A stretch of DNA of 64,000 nucleotides, taken from positions 1 to 64,000 of the forward strand of contig JASVEC010000013.1 in NCBI GenBank assembly GCA_030770535.1, read 5' to 3'. Both the position numbers and the translations under genes were made by a program. Shown one piece after another: positions 47,730 through 60,458 of this stretch. The stretch is from Batkoa obscura. Its lineage: Eukaryota. Below the pieces are notes generated by a model. It saw only the letters and a list, made by a program, of their open reading frames with translations, had not been told where the DNA came from and searched no databases. How positions within the stretch are numbered: position 1 is the first letter of the stretch; the number at the start of each line of letters is the position of its first letter.

Positions 47730-49532
47730 ATGCAACAAAATGAGAAGTCGAAAAGAATTCAAGAGTCTTTTAGATTTAAAGCTGTTGAAAGGTTAAATCA
47801 AATTGAAAAGGAGTTGACGGGAATTTTTTCTAGTATAAAGAGTAACCTACTGGCCTATCCAACTAACAAGTTTAGTGGTTTAATAAAGAGTTATCTTAAA
47901 TGGTCAAAGGAATGTTTGATTGCGAAAAAAAGGTTAATAGAATTAAAAAATAAGTCTATCGAATGTCAATTACAGAAAGAGAAATATAGAATTACAGAGG
48001 CAAAATTTATAGCTTATTTTGAAAAAGGTATATCCCACTATACACAATCAATAAGAAATAGTCAAAAGATGACGCTCACGAATAATTGCTTATACTGTTG
48101 CCCGGAAAGAGAGTTATATATCACTCCAAATAAAATAGATGGATTAATGCCTCCGGAACTTATGGTATGTTTTATTAATATTTATCATCAGTTTTTAGAT
48201 CCAGATGGACTATGGTTTACAGCTCCAGTATTGGAACGTATATTTAAAAAAAAAGAGCCAAGTTTATTAAAATCAATGCTTTTGCAATCACTATTGAGTT
48301 TAGTAGAACTTCCGAAAGAACATAAACAATTATTACTTAATAATACTGAGGGTATCCAAAGTATGATTATTCAAAGTTACAGTAATCCAAGCTTAGAAAA
48401 TGTAGCTGCAATCACTTTAATTGCTGGGGAACATTTATATACTGAAAATTATTCTCTAGCTAACATATATTTAGGACAAGCAATAAGGATGGCTGAAATG
48501 TTACAAATAGTACCCCAAGAAAAAGAAAAAAATATTTTTTTAATTACAAACAACCCTATTGAAGATTCATGGAAGGAAAAAATATGGGAACTTATAATTA
48601 TTTTTCATGTTGGTTTATCTTGTCTACCAGGATTTTTTTTAACCTTAAAATATACCAATATAATTCCCTTAATCCATGTTAGAAATAAATTGATCAGTAT
48701 ACCTACAATGCCTAGATTAAAGATCAATAAAACGAAAAAGATAGATTTAAAAGCAATGTTGAAAAATGTTAATATAAACAATAGTGGTATAGTCCTCAGT
48801 ATTAACAATAATCAACCTCGTGAGTCATTATATTGTTCAAGGGCGCTAGCATGTTATTGTCATGTTTTACAATATTATCATAACAAAAAATATATGCTAA
48901 AGAGCAATCCAAATATACATCCAATCAGTAGGTTCTATTTTGATTTAAATAGTATGTTAAAGATGATTGACGAATTAGATCAAGAGATAAATGATGCACC
49001 AATAGATTATAAAAGTTATCAGCTTTTATCCTTAAAGGAGCTTGATAATATAAAATCGTACGGTGTACTACAATCAGGTGACACCTCATCATTAGGCTCT
49101 TCTGGATATTTAATGTTCTTGAATAGTAAACTTTACATCATTGATCCTATTTCATATATAAACCCATGCTCTCATACATTATTATACTCTTGGCTATGGA
49201 AGATTGGATTAGAAACGGCCGATAAGTTATGGGATTTATTTTCTACTTTATTTAATCGAAAAAATATTGATGATGAATGTCCATGGATACTATTTAATTC
49301 ATGTATGGATTTACTTCCAACTGTCTATTTTTATTTTAATGCCTTATCAAAGTTGTATTTTACAGAGTCACAGAATGAAGTAATTTATAGTAAAGTTCAA
49401 CGATTGATTTATTGGATTAAAAGGGATAGAGATAAAACTCATTATTTTGAAGATAATGAGGTTGCAATTGAAGTTATAAAAAAAGACTTGAAAAAGTTCT
49501 ATTTCTTGGGAAAGTATTCTATAACAGTATAG
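47730..49532 (+). CDS. ~600-aa family X paralog 1 (fungal TF middle-homology-region-like, no Zn cluster)
   Basis: PSLENVAAITLIA...IYLGQAIRMAEMLQI...WKEKIW resembles Fungal_trans; clearly paralogous to 58641. Confidence 0.75.
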   Translation: MQQNEKSKRIQESFRFKAVERLNQIEKELTGIFSSIKSNLLAYPTNKFSGLIKSYLKWSKECLIAKKRLIELKNKSIECQLQKEKYRITEAKFIAYFEKGISHYTQSIRNSQKMTLTNNCLYCCPERELYITPNKIDGLMPPELMVCFINIYHQFLDPDGLWFTAPVLERIFKKKEPSLLKSMLLQSLLSLVELPKEHKQLLLNNTEGIQSMIIQSYSNPSLENVAAITLIAGEHLYTENYSLANIYLGQAIRMAEMLQIVPQEKEKNIFLITNNPIEDSWKEKIWELIIIFHVGLSCLPGFFLTLKYTNIIPLIHVRNKLISIPTMPRLKINKTKKIDLKAMLKNVNINNSGIVLSINNNQPRESLYCSRALACYCHVLQYYHNKKYMLKSNPNIHPISRFYFDLNSMLKMIDELDQEINDAPIDYKSYQLLSLKELDNIKSYGVLQSGDTSSLGSSGYLMFLNSKLYIIDPISYINPCSHTLLYSWLWKIGLETADKLWDLFSTLFNRKNIDDECPWILFNSCMDLLPTVYFYFNALSKLYFTESQNEVIYSKVQRLIYWIKRDRDKTHYFEDNEVAIEVIKKDLKKFYFLGKYSITV

Positions 49533-49873
49533 TATAATTAATATTAATTGTGGTTATTTGTCCTTCGCTTTTTAAGAGTACGATCTTATTTATTATTTTT
49601 GATCCTAATATGAGAAAGTATTTATTTATTAAATCTCGATAAAGAGAAGCCTCATAGGTATAAAATTAAAAGAGTTTAAGTGAGAGAACTGTATAATTAT
49701 GATAATAGTATTGCACATAAAAGGTAAATAGGGGAATTAGTTGATTAATGGAAGGCACCCTATTCCAAGAATGTCCAGTTTAAATATGTGCATATTGTGT
49801 TTAGATTTATACAGCCTGATCCAATTATATAATGAAAATGGGGTGGTATTTATTAAATAATGGTAATAGTAAA

Positions 49874-51640
49874 TTAAAGGTTCAAAGGGTACTCATCAGG
49901 AAGTTTAGACTGATTTAAATAAGTCTTAATTCTTCTTGAGGTAACATTAGCATCTAAAAACCCAACATCTGACTCTTCCGATAGTTTAATAAACTCAATA
50001 AACTTTACTAAATAATTATAAATTATAAATTTATCCTTTTTATTAAATAAATTATTAATTAATATATTTAATGAAAAATAAATAATTGCTAAAAAATCAT
50101 TGGAATTATTAATAAGGGGATAATAAATTTGGTGATTTTTTATATTTAATTTGATACATGAATTAATATATTTCCATACATTAATAGTATCTTCACATAA
50201 TCTATAACCATATTTCTTACTAGGTAATTGATAAGGTTGTTCTAATAATTCAATAAATGGATTTAACAATACTAACTTACTCATTAAAATAACATAATAA
50301 GCATAACTACTAAATGAATTATTACTAAATTTTAATTTACCATGATATTTTATTTCATAAGCTTGTTCTTCATTAATTAATTGATATTGTTTATATTCTT
50401 TTGGTGTGTTTTGTAATTTCATATCTATTTGATTAATTAAACCAACTTTATGTTTAGTTAATTTAAATATTATATTTGAATTTTGTATTTCATTATTTTT
50501 GTTTCTTATTAATTTAGTTCTATAATAATTGATATAGTTACATGCTTGTAATTCACACCACGTAGCAAACGCATAATAAGTAGCTTGTTCGTTATCATTG
50601 TATGTTGGATTTGTATAGATTGGATTTGTATAGATTGCATTATTATCATTATTTAAAAAATCATGAATATTATTTATAACAATTACATTCTGTTTTAATT
50701 TCCTTGGCTTGGTAGGTATACATAGTACAGTTTTATTGACGTGTTTTAATCGATAGTTTAATTTATAATCACTTTCAAATTTATTTTTAATTCCTAAAAA
50801 GACAGCTAATAACTCTACTATCTCAAATATTTTCTGTTTCCATAATTCATTACTTTTACTCAACTTCTGTAGATTTTGTTCTTCTACTTGTTCTTTCATT
50901 TCTATTAAATGAAGTATATACAGTCTTGCTGTTGCCCTTTGTTGTTCAAAAAAATATTCAAAACTTAATAAAGTTAATCCAGTTAAGTTTTCTAAACTTG
51001 GAGTATCCATACTTTGTCTCAGAACTTGATTAAATTCATTCCCCTCCCTTTTCAAGACTTCAATAAACTGTTGATCATTAAATTTAATAATTTTATTAAA
51101 TGTTTGAAATAACATTAACTTTAATAAAGATTTATTATTATTTTTTAATACTTTTAATAAATCTTCTTTCGTCAACCAAAAACTATAAGGGTCCATCCAC
51201 GTTGTATAAATCTTAATAAGACTTTCCAATAATTTACTCGGAGGCATATTATTAATCAAAATAGGAGACACTTTTAATTCATTCATTAGATTTCCTTCAT
51301 AATAAAATAGACCATAAGGTAATTGATTTTCATTAATTAATTGATTAAAATTGAATATACCATATTTTATTTCTAGATAAAATTCATATTGTTTTTGTTT
51401 TATAAGTGAAGAACCTTCTTTTCTTCGTTTCATTTTAAACATAAATTCCATGACTTCTTTTTGTTTTTTGACTATATAATTCATCCATTTTATATAATTA
51501 TTTATTAACTTTACTTTGTTCGGTTCATTATACGAATTAGTAGTTACGCTATAAAGGATTGTTTGTAGCTCAAAATATAATAAATGGATCCTTTGCAAAG
51601 CTTCTGTTTTATACGATCTTTTTTCGAGAGTAAATTCCAT
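49874..51640 (-). CDS. Family X paralog 2
   Basis: SYKTEALQRI, MDPYSFWLT, PSLENLTGLTLL, HVNKTVLCIPTKPR, TPKEYKQY shared with the family; first ATG at 51640. Confidence 0.75.
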   Translation of the reverse strand: MEFTLEKRSYKTEALQRIHLLYFELQTILYSVTTNSYNEPNKVKLINNYIKWMNYIVKKQKEVMEFMFKMKRRKEGSSLIKQKQYEFYLEIKYGIFNFNQLINENQLPYGLFYYEGNLMNELKVSPILINNMPPSKLLESLIKIYTTWMDPYSFWLTKEDLLKVLKNNNKSLLKLMLFQTFNKIIKFNDQQFIEVLKREGNEFNQVLRQSMDTPSLENLTGLTLLSFEYFFEQQRATARLYILHLIEMKEQVEEQNLQKLSKSNELWKQKIFEIVELLAVFLGIKNKFESDYKLNYRLKHVNKTVLCIPTKPRKLKQNVIVINNIHDFLNNDNNAIYTNPIYTNPTYNDNEQATYYAFATWCELQACNYINYYRTKLIRNKNNEIQNSNIIFKLTKHKVGLINQIDMKLQNTPKEYKQYQLINEEQAYEIKYHGKLKFSNNSFSSYAYYVILMSKLVLLNPFIELLEQPYQLPSKKYGYRLCEDTINVWKYINSCIKLNIKNHQIYYPLINNSNDFLAIIYFSLNILINNLFNKKDKFIIYNYLVKFIEFIKLSEESDVGFLDANVTSRRIKTYLNQSKLPDEYPLNL

Positions 51641-52115
51641 ATAATTAAAATAAATCAATTGTCTGTTAATTTCGATTTTAAATGATATTATATGTGTATA
51701 AAAAAATTAAACTAAATTTTGATTGCTTATCTCATATCGGGTCATTCATAAAATATCCTTACAATTTCATGTAGTACAAAACTATTAAAAGTAAATAATT
51801 GCAACACGAAAGAAAATTTACTTATAATTTTTTCTTGCTTTTAGAGATAAAAACCATTTACCATTGCAACTAATGATTTATTTACTTTTTATGCACATAA
51901 GTTTGGAAGGTTACTTTATCAAAGACCTAAAATTTAAATTTGTTCCAATTTTAAAATTTAGAGATTATTTCACCAATAAAATAAATGTTTTAATTTTTTC
52001 AATTTTCATGCTAACAAGGCCCAAATAATTTTCTAGTTTGACATAAAATTAAAAAAGCAGTCTCATTCCAAAAAACTGTCAACTCATTTTTTACAGTTCA
52101 AATTTTAAATAAAAA

Positions 52116-53592
52116 ATGTCTAATTTAGTTCGTACTTATTTTAAAGTAATAATCTCATCTTTTCGTCAATTACAACATACTGATTTATTCCCTTAATAGC
52201 GTCAATTGCCCTCAAGTTTAATACCCTTTTCCTCCACTCAAGGAAAGTCCTTTTTTAAAAAAGCAATTGAAACTGGGCATGCAGAAATTTATTTCCAATT
52301 AGCAAATTATTTTACTACACAATCGGAACCAGCTTGTAAGTTGTTTGTTATTATCGCCAATGTTTTTTATTTGCCTAATGTGACTATTGTTTTAGTTTGT
52401 GGATTGGGTACGTTATCAATGGTATTAAATTCTTTAGAAGTTGACCCATTGAAAGTTTGGAAAGGGCCTTGGAGATGGTAAGTTTCAATATTATCTATCA
52501 TTTGGACATAAAAACATCTAAAAAATATCAACTATTAATAGGTATGCTGATGAAATGTTAGATTGTTGTCGTTCATTATCCGATATCCGTTTACAAGGTA
52601 TTACTTTATCCGAATTCGAGTGCTTAGCTAAATGTAATGGATTATCCAGCCGACTATCTTATAGTAACAAAACAACATTAAATCAATTTGAAAATGATGT
52701 TAAATTATCATGTCAATCGGATAATCAAGTGATGGTATTATCTTATTCTAGAAAAACTTTAGGACAAACAGGAGATGGTCATTTTTCGCCTGTTGGAGGT
52801 TATGATCCTGAAGAAAAGATGGTACTAGTATTAGATGTTGCCAGGTTTAAATATCCTGCCTATTGGGTACCTTTGGATTTATTATTTGAATCATTGAAAC
52901 CAATAGATCCTAGTTCGGGTATCCCAAGAGGTTATGCTTTATTATCAAAGAATAGTTTTACAATAACTTCATTAACTCAATTGGATTTGGATTTAAAAAG
53001 TTGGAAACAGTTTTCATTGAAGATAAAAGGAATTGATAAAAAGGAGGAGCTTTGGCATGAGTTAATACAATTATATAATAAATTAATGGAATTTAAATCC
53101 GATAAAAAAGAAACAATTCAAAAGAGGATTTTGTTAATGAAAGAAGAAGAAGAATTATTACCATTGAAAAAGAACTGTAAAGAAAATAATAAGGATAGTA
53201 GTAATAATGAATTACAAACAGAATATATAACACAGTTTGGATTATTAGTAGCCAGTATTAAAAACACAATATTATATAATTGGATACAAAAAAACATTGT
53301 CATCCCCTCTTCATTATTACAACACAATCCCAATTATCTAGCCTTATTGACTTTATTTTATTTATCTTTACCATATGAAATATTATTTAATAAGGAAGAT
53401 TTATTATTAATTCAAGACAAAATTAATATTGATAATATTTCATTACAAGAAATCATTGAAATTACTTGTAATGATTGTAAATGTAATGATTATAATAGTA
53501 GATTAGCTAAATCTATATTATCAAATGAAGTAGCAACGTTAAAACAAAAAATGATTAATTTAAATAATTGTTTAAATCAAACAACACATTGA
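52116..53592 (+). CDS. PCS1: Phytochelatin synthase (4 exons)
   Basis: Spliced [66 protein letters not shown]; Cys-His-Asp triad intact. Confidence 0.95.
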
Positions 53593-53651
53593 ATTAGTAT
53601 TAGACATAATAAAACTAAACACAATTTATAAATAATTTATTTACTTTAGTT

Positions 53652-55415
53652 TTATATATATATTTGATCAAGTAACTGTTCCACCTCATATATCTTAACT
53701 AATAATTTAAATTGCTGATAAACATAATTTGTATCTTTAAATCCAAACTTCGAGTTGTAACAACCATTTAAATAAGAATGTATAAAATTTAAATTTAAAA
53801 CAAATCTACTCTTAATTTCTTTAGGAACATTCTCTTGTCTAATAATAATAAAATAATATTTAAATAATGGTAAAAAATCCCTTAAATTATTCATTAAGGA
53901 ATAATAAATCTCTTTCTTTTCAAAAGGAGTATTAATTATTGTTGACAATAATTCATATAAATTACTTGCTATTTGATAACTTAAATGTAAATATCGTGCC
54001 AGAATTGTATCTAATTTATTTTGATTATTATTATTATTAAATAATAATGGTTGTATTAAATATAAGCAATTTAAATTTAATATTAGATAAGCATATGTAC
54101 CAAACGATGTATTATTATTATTATTGACTATATTGCATTTACCATAAATTAATAAACTATTCGTCTGTTCTTTTGTTATTAATGTATATGTTTTATAATT
54201 TGATGGGGTCAATATTAATTGATTTAATATTAGTTTTATATAATTATCGATTTGTTGTTGTTGAATGTTATAGTTATAATTTAATTTCAATTGTAATACT
54301 TCTAAATCAATCCAAGTAGCAAATGAATAATATTTTTTTTGAAATTCATCTTCATTCGATTTATTATTATTATTTAAATTTAATATTAAATGTAGTTCCT
54401 CTGTTTTAATAATAGTAACATCTTCTATTTTACATTTTCTAACTTTAGTCGGTAAGCATAACAGTTTATTATTAATATGTCGAAATTTAATAAGATTATC
54501 TTTCTTATCTACTCCTATCCATTTTTCCCTATCCTCTACTTGTTTACCTATAATTAACAAATAAATAAAATCAACTAACTCAAATATATTCTTCTGCCAT
54601 TCCATCATCATCTTATCGTGTGTTCTATTCTTTTCAATTTTTAATTTCTCTTTCATTTTCATGACTTCTAATAAGTAAATACTTGCACTATTTATCTCTC
54701 CTGAAAAATAAAATTCCCAACATAATAAAGTAATCCCAGTTAAACTCATTAAATCTTCCTTTTCTAAAGCTTCAATCACTAGGTTATTGAAATGCCATTC
54801 AGATATATTAATTAATTTTTCCAATTGATCACAATTAAATTGAATTAACTTATTAAATGTTTGTAATAACATCATTTTAACTAATGTATTTTGTTGACAT
54901 TTTAATATCTTAATTAACATTTCTTTTGTCAACCAAAAACCCTCAGTATCTAGTCTATTACTATATAAATTTATAAAACATTCTGTTAATTGACTTGGTT
55001 TTAAATCATTAAAAGTATTAACACTTAAATTAAAATCTCTCATTAGATCTATAGGTAACAAATCAATTAATGAATTCCCAGAGGGATGTTGAATATCATT
55101 GTTTACAAGTTCCATAAAATTTTTAGTACCTAATCCTGTTTCTAATTCAAATAGGTGAACTTCTTTATTATAAATGACCAACCCATTACGTCGACGTTGT
55201 ATCTTTTTTTTAATCTTTATCAAATTGAGATATTTATTTAAGATATAATTAAGCCATCGAAGGTAATTAGTTATTGTAATGAAATGTGGATTATTCCTAT
55301 TACTAATAGTACTATTATTCATACTAATTATTTCCATACTGCTCTTTAATATCCTTTCAATTTCTACTATCCTCTTAACTGCAGCATCTTTGTAACTTTG
55401 GGGTTTTAATGGCAT
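53652..55415 (-). CDS. Family X paralog 3
   Basis: SYKDAAVKRI, LDTEGFWLT, HINNKLLCLPTKVR, TPSNYKTY, SFGTYAY; closest to paralog 2. Confidence 0.75.
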   Translation of the reverse strand: MPLKPQSYKDAAVKRIVEIERILKSSMEIISMNNSTISNRNNPHFITITNYLRWLNYILNKYLNLIKIKKKIQRRRNGLVIYNKEVHLFELETGLGTKNFMELVNNDIQHPSGNSLIDLLPIDLMRDFNLSVNTFNDLKPSQLTECFINLYSNRLDTEGFWLTKEMLIKILKCQQNTLVKMMLLQTFNKLIQFNCDQLEKLINISEWHFNNLVIEALEKEDLMSLTGITLLCWEFYFSGEINSASIYLLEVMKMKEKLKIEKNRTHDKMMMEWQKNIFELVDFIYLLIIGKQVEDREKWIGVDKKDNLIKFRHINNKLLCLPTKVRKCKIEDVTIIKTEELHLILNLNNNNKSNEDEFQKKYYSFATWIDLEVLQLKLNYNYNIQQQQIDNYIKLILNQLILTPSNYKTYTLITKEQTNSLLIYGKCNIVNNNNNTSFGTYAYLILNLNCLYLIQPLLFNNNNNQNKLDTILARYLHLSYQIASNLYELLSTIINTPFEKKEIYYSLMNNLRDFLPLFKYYFIIIRQENVPKEIKSRFVLNLNFIHSYLNGCYNSKFGFKDTNYVYQQFKLLVKIYEVEQLLDQIYI

Positions 55416-56602
55416 TTTTAACTAATAATTCTAACTATCAGATTCTTATTTTGTTATATTTTTTATTACTCTCTTTCTTATATATTACTATTCATTTCTA
55501 TACTCTTATTATTATTCCCGTTGCCAATAAAAAAAGACAATGATACAGTTAATTTTTTTAAGAGTTTAAAATTTTCGGGGAGTTAGAAACTATTCCATAT
55601 TTAGTAATTAGTTTTATATAGAAATTGATTGCGAATCCTCAAGAGGCTTAGACGTTAGTAATGCTTAAAAAGTTAGAGAAAAGAAAAGAGAATTTTGAAT
55701 TTTCTTAGTTATATGGGAAAAAAGTTGGAAATTAACAAATGAATAAAGTAAAAAGATAATATAACACTGCAAATCACTTTGGTTTTTTTAAAAGTTATAC
55801 TAATTAAAGTCAACTTACTTTTAAAGCTCTCCGTTTCCACCTTCTTCCGACTTATTTCCCGTAATCAACAATTAACTTCACTTTGCATTTTCCGCATGCC
55901 AATAAGTAAATTTATCTTCGTGTACCACTAATAGACCTCAGTCTTAATTTCGGTTTAATTTTCCTTGGAGTCAAGAAATTTAATAGTTTTAATAATTTAA
56001 AATTGTCATATTATTACTACTTTTAAAAATTCAATAAATGATATTACTCTTTATAGTAAGCTAAATTTTATCGTATGTTTTATTTGATATTATTGAGGTG
56101 TTTATAAACGTTGGGGATTAGTTAATTATAATAATGTATAATAAGATTAACATATAAATGTATCAATTATATCATTAAAAAGCAGCTTTTGAATTTACTT
56201 TATATAGTAGCCTAACTAATATCATAACATCCTTGGCATTATTAGGATTTACAAACATTGTGATTAGAGAATATGTAATTTATAAAAGTATAATAATATT
56301 AACATTTTAGGTTAGAGTTTTGAGTTTACCTCATAAAAATCTATACCATATCTGCTGTCCCTGGTATTACTGGGGTTTGTAAGCTTTTGAAATTAAATGG
56401 TATATTATATATAAAAGTAAAACAATATTAACTTTTTAATTAATGAATTTTTGAGTTTACCTTATTTATATAGTAGTCTAGATTATATCGTATTACTATT
56501 TACTATACTAAAAATTAATTAACTTTGAAAAGAAATAATTAATGATAAATTCAAAAGTAATTTAACTTTTTAATTAAAAGAAATTGATAAATTTTATAAA
56601 AA

Positions 56603-58354
56603 TTATAAAACTGAAAGATGAATAGATCTTAATTCCGTTTTTAACACCTAATAATAAATAACATTAACACTCAGTAACATATAAAACAACAATTAAATAT
56701 AAACTTACTTCAACAGCTTGTTCAAATTCCAATCGATTTTTAGCTTCTAAAATCCAATCTTCAGCTAATTTCTTTGGCCATCCCTTTAATTGATTTAATT
56801 CTCTAGCTGCTAAATCCAAATCATTTTGATTTAAATAATATTGACATCTTGCAATTACAGCTTCAACGTCATTACCTTCCACAAGTCCTTGTTTATTAAA
56901 CAAAAAAGTAGTTAAAATATATGAGCTTAAATGTCCAAAAAACCCTGCATTTTCTTTAACTAAGGCAGAGGAAGAAACTTCTTCACTAACTTTTTCAAAA
57001 CGTTGTTTTAAGGAATTGAAATTTAATAAACCTCTCATAGCTACTAACTCATCTAAGGAATTGATTACTTCAGCAACCAAAGGTGTACATTGAGAAATGG
57101 ATTGAATATATCTCAATTCTTGAATAAATGGGGAATTATTTTTTTCTTTAATGGCAGTTTCTAAGGCATCAATAGCACAACTTAATTTTTGATAATTAAT
57201 TTGATTGAAAGCATTTTGTTTACTATTAATAAACCCATCTTCTAATAACATAACTTGTTGAATGACTTGATCTAATTTACTTAATCTTCCATTTCTTTCT
57301 GAATCAACTAACAATTTACTTTCTCTACGCCAAAAACGTTCAAGTGTTTTGCCTTGTTCTTGAAGTTTTTCATCAAGCTGAGCTTTAAACCTATCCATTA
57401 ATTTCTCTCTTTCACTTTCATAAAGTTGATGTTTATCTTTCATTTCCAACTCATATTTTTCTTCCAATTCTTTTTTTTGTTGAGTTAACATATCTTCAAC
57501 AATTACATTACTTCTTTCTAAATCTTTATTTAAAGTACTACGATTTTTAATACTTTCATCTAAATAAGGGGTTAGATTTTTTAATGCATATAATACTTTA
57601 GAATAAGCTAAGACGCTTTCTTCAACTGCTACTTTTTTGTCTCCATTAGTTGAAATATAGTTATCAATGGATTCTACTAACTCTTTCATTACTTGATCTT
57701 CATAAGTTAATTTGGTTAATTGACTTGCAAGTTGTTGTAATTGACGTAAACTTTTTTCATCCATAGTAGGTTTAGAATGTTTGATTTCAGGTAACTTTTC
57801 TTTAACTAATACTTTGACTTGGGGTTCTTTATTTTTAGTTACTGGCACGTTACCAATAGTGGCAGTTGGAGTAGCAACAGTATTACTATCATTATTCATT
57901 AACCCATTAACACTAGATTTAACTGATTCAATAATTTTGTTAACATTTTCACTAACTATTTTTAAAGGCTGAAAATCATCACTTTTTACTTTATCTTCCA
58001 ATTGCTTCATTAAAATTAAACTCTCTTGACCATATGGAGCATATTCCAAGTATTGTTTTTGAAACTCTTGATTATGGTTAGCATAATAAAGAGTGCCACC
58101 ATAGCCTGCAGATACTAAAGTGATGAAACCTAATGATTTTAAAAATATAGATCCATTTTTTTTTTCCAAGTTTAAGCCATGGGTAGCTGATTGGGTTTCG
58201 AAACGCTATATAAGGATAATAATTGAAAAAGAAAATGGTTAGTTTGATTAGTTAAAGCAAGTTAAAAGAGTAAATTCACCTTTTGTATTTTAATTGAATT
58301 AAGATTAAACGACGAGCGGTAACCTTTATTAAGTTTGGTTACTGTTTTATACAT
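56603..58354 (-). CDS. MIC60: MICOS subunit MIC60 (mitofilin), 3 exons
   Basis: Presequence-like exon 1, TM YGG, coiled coil, ERNGRLSKLD, GNDVEAVIAR...DLDLAARELNQLKGWPKKLAEDWILEAKNRLE. Confidence 0.93.
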
Positions 58355-58640
58355 CCTTTATAGTATGATATGTGTTATTGGATGACTTAAAAATTTTATT
58401 TTAGACTGAGTCGTTTTTAGCTATTAAGGTTCTTTGGTAATTGATTATGAAAATGGATTACTTGGATTATTATGGGAAATTTATAATTTTAACTATTTGA
58501 TTGTCACTAATTTTATTTCAATAGTAAAAAATCAAAAGTATAGAAAAAATAAGTATAGTGTATAAATACAATGATTAATTTTAATAAATAATAACGATAA
58601 TAAAATAAATGGCTTAACAAGCCCCTCAATCAGCTCTTTA

Positions 58641-60458
58641 CTACCCCAAAGTAAATTGGTACATCTCAGCCACTTTAAATAATTTAAAACACTCATTTAA
58701 ATAACCACAAGCAATTTTACTATCATTAAACTTGCCCAACAGTTTACTATTATTAAACTTAGCCAATTGTACACTATCCTTTTCCAACCATAAAATGCAT
58801 AACTGAATTTTATTCACCATATCCATTCTCACTTTCTCGTCAAAAGTATATTGTTCCAGGGCATTTAAATAAAACGTAATTACCGGTAGTAAATCCGTAG
58901 CATTATTTGTTATTATCCATGGATATTCATTCTCACATACCTCTCTATTAAATAAACTGTAAAACAACTGCCATAATTGATTTGCTGTTTCTAGTCCAAT
59001 TGGCCATAACCAATCATAAAGTAAGGGATGAGGACATGGATTAATAAAGGAGATGGGGTCTACTATAAAGAGCTTATTACTTAATAACATTAGATATCCA
59101 AAAGAGCCTAAAGATCTGGAATTATCGGATTGTAAACGACCATAAGAATGAAGTTCTGTAACTTGAGAAGAAGATAGAAAGCGGTAACTTTTATAATTTT
59201 GCGGAGTGGCTTGTATCTCACTATCTAATTCTTGGATCATGTTAATAATATCAGTGATGTTAAAATAAAACCTATTGATTGGGTGTATGTTGGAGTTGTT
59301 CTTTAAAATGGATCTGCCATTGATATACGATTGTGAAAGTTGTAAATAATTACATAATGCTTTAGAGTGGTAGTAAACATCCTCATAGGTAATGGCAGTT
59401 TTAAAGTTAAAATCAGAAGTGTCAATTCCTTTTAATAAATTACTTGATTCTATCTTAGCAATTTTCTCCTTTGCTAACCTAGGAATCGTTGGTAAACATA
59501 ATGTTTTGTTTTTAATATGAGTCAAAGGTGAGATTTTGATGTTTTTAAACATCAAGGGACATTCTGTGACAGTATACAAAGACATTTGGAAAAATAGCAA
59601 AATTTCCCACAACGTTTGTTTCCAACAAGTTTCTGTAAAGTCACACTTAAATGAAGAGGTTTGTTCTATATTACCTATTGGTATAATCCCTAATAATTCT
59701 GACATACGTACAGCTTGTCCCAGATACAATTTGGCCGACCCAAAATCTCCTTTAAATAAATATTCCCCAGTGATCAAAGCCAATGCAGCCACATTTTGTA
59801 GGCTTGGGTTAGCGTAACTCTGAATAATTTTACTTTCGATACCACTGTTAAAGTTAAGTAAAACTGACTTCAATTCTTGCGGCAGTTCAATCAATTGACA
59901 CATGGATTGTACTAAAATGGCCTTTAGTAGAGTGCTCTCTTTTTGTCTGAGGATGGAATTGATTTGATCCGCTGAAAACCAGAGGGCGTCTGAGTCCAGG
60001 TATTGACAGTAAATGGCAGTAAAGCAATCGAACAATTTTAAAGGATTGATACCGTTTAACTGGTTTGGTATTATCTTTAATTCAACTTCAGGGCTGTAAT
60101 TGGTTTGGAAATACAATTTCATTTGAATCAAAGTTAACTGTTTAGTATAATATTTGAATCCTTTTGTAAAATACGATTGGAACTGAAAATGCTTATTTTG
60201 GATATTGTTTTTTTCTAATTGCGTTTCCCCGGACTTGTGTTTTGTATGAATTAATTCTCTTTGCATATCAATGCATCGGTTTGCCCATTGTAAATATTTT
60301 TGGATTGATGTACCTAGTTCGGATACTACTCCAGTTAGCTCCTCTGTTTTTAAACTTTTTAAAACCCTGTTAAACTCGGTTTCAATGCTTTTAATTCTGC
60401 TTATTGCTTTATTTCGATACGATTCTTTGTTCCATTTACAACCACTTCCTTTCTCCAT
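58641..60458 (-). CDS. Family X paralog 4
   Basis: SYRNKAISRI, LDSDALWFS, PSLQNVAALALI..YLGQAVRMSELLGI, NIHPINRFYF; closest to paralog 1. Confidence 0.75.
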   Translation of the reverse strand: MEKGSGCKWNKESYRNKAISRIKSIETEFNRVLKSLKTEELTGVVSELGTSIQKYLQWANRCIDMQRELIHTKHKSGETQLEKNNIQNKHFQFQSYFTKGFKYYTKQLTLIQMKLYFQTNYSPEVELKIIPNQLNGINPLKLFDCFTAIYCQYLDSDALWFSADQINSILRQKESTLLKAILVQSMCQLIELPQELKSVLLNFNSGIESKIIQSYANPSLQNVAALALITGEYLFKGDFGSAKLYLGQAVRMSELLGIIPIGNIEQTSSFKCDFTETCWKQTLWEILLFFQMSLYTVTECPLMFKNIKISPLTHIKNKTLCLPTIPRLAKEKIAKIESSNLLKGIDTSDFNFKTAITYEDVYYHSKALCNYLQLSQSYINGRSILKNNSNIHPINRFYFNITDIINMIQELDSEIQATPQNYKSYRFLSSSQVTELHSYGRLQSDNSRSLGSFGYLMLLSNKLFIVDPISFINPCPHPLLYDWLWPIGLETANQLWQLFYSLFNREVCENEYPWIITNNATDLLPVITFYLNALEQYTFDEKVRMDMVNKIQLCILWLEKDSVQLAKFNNSKLLGKFNDSKIACGYLNECFKLFKVAEMYQFTLG

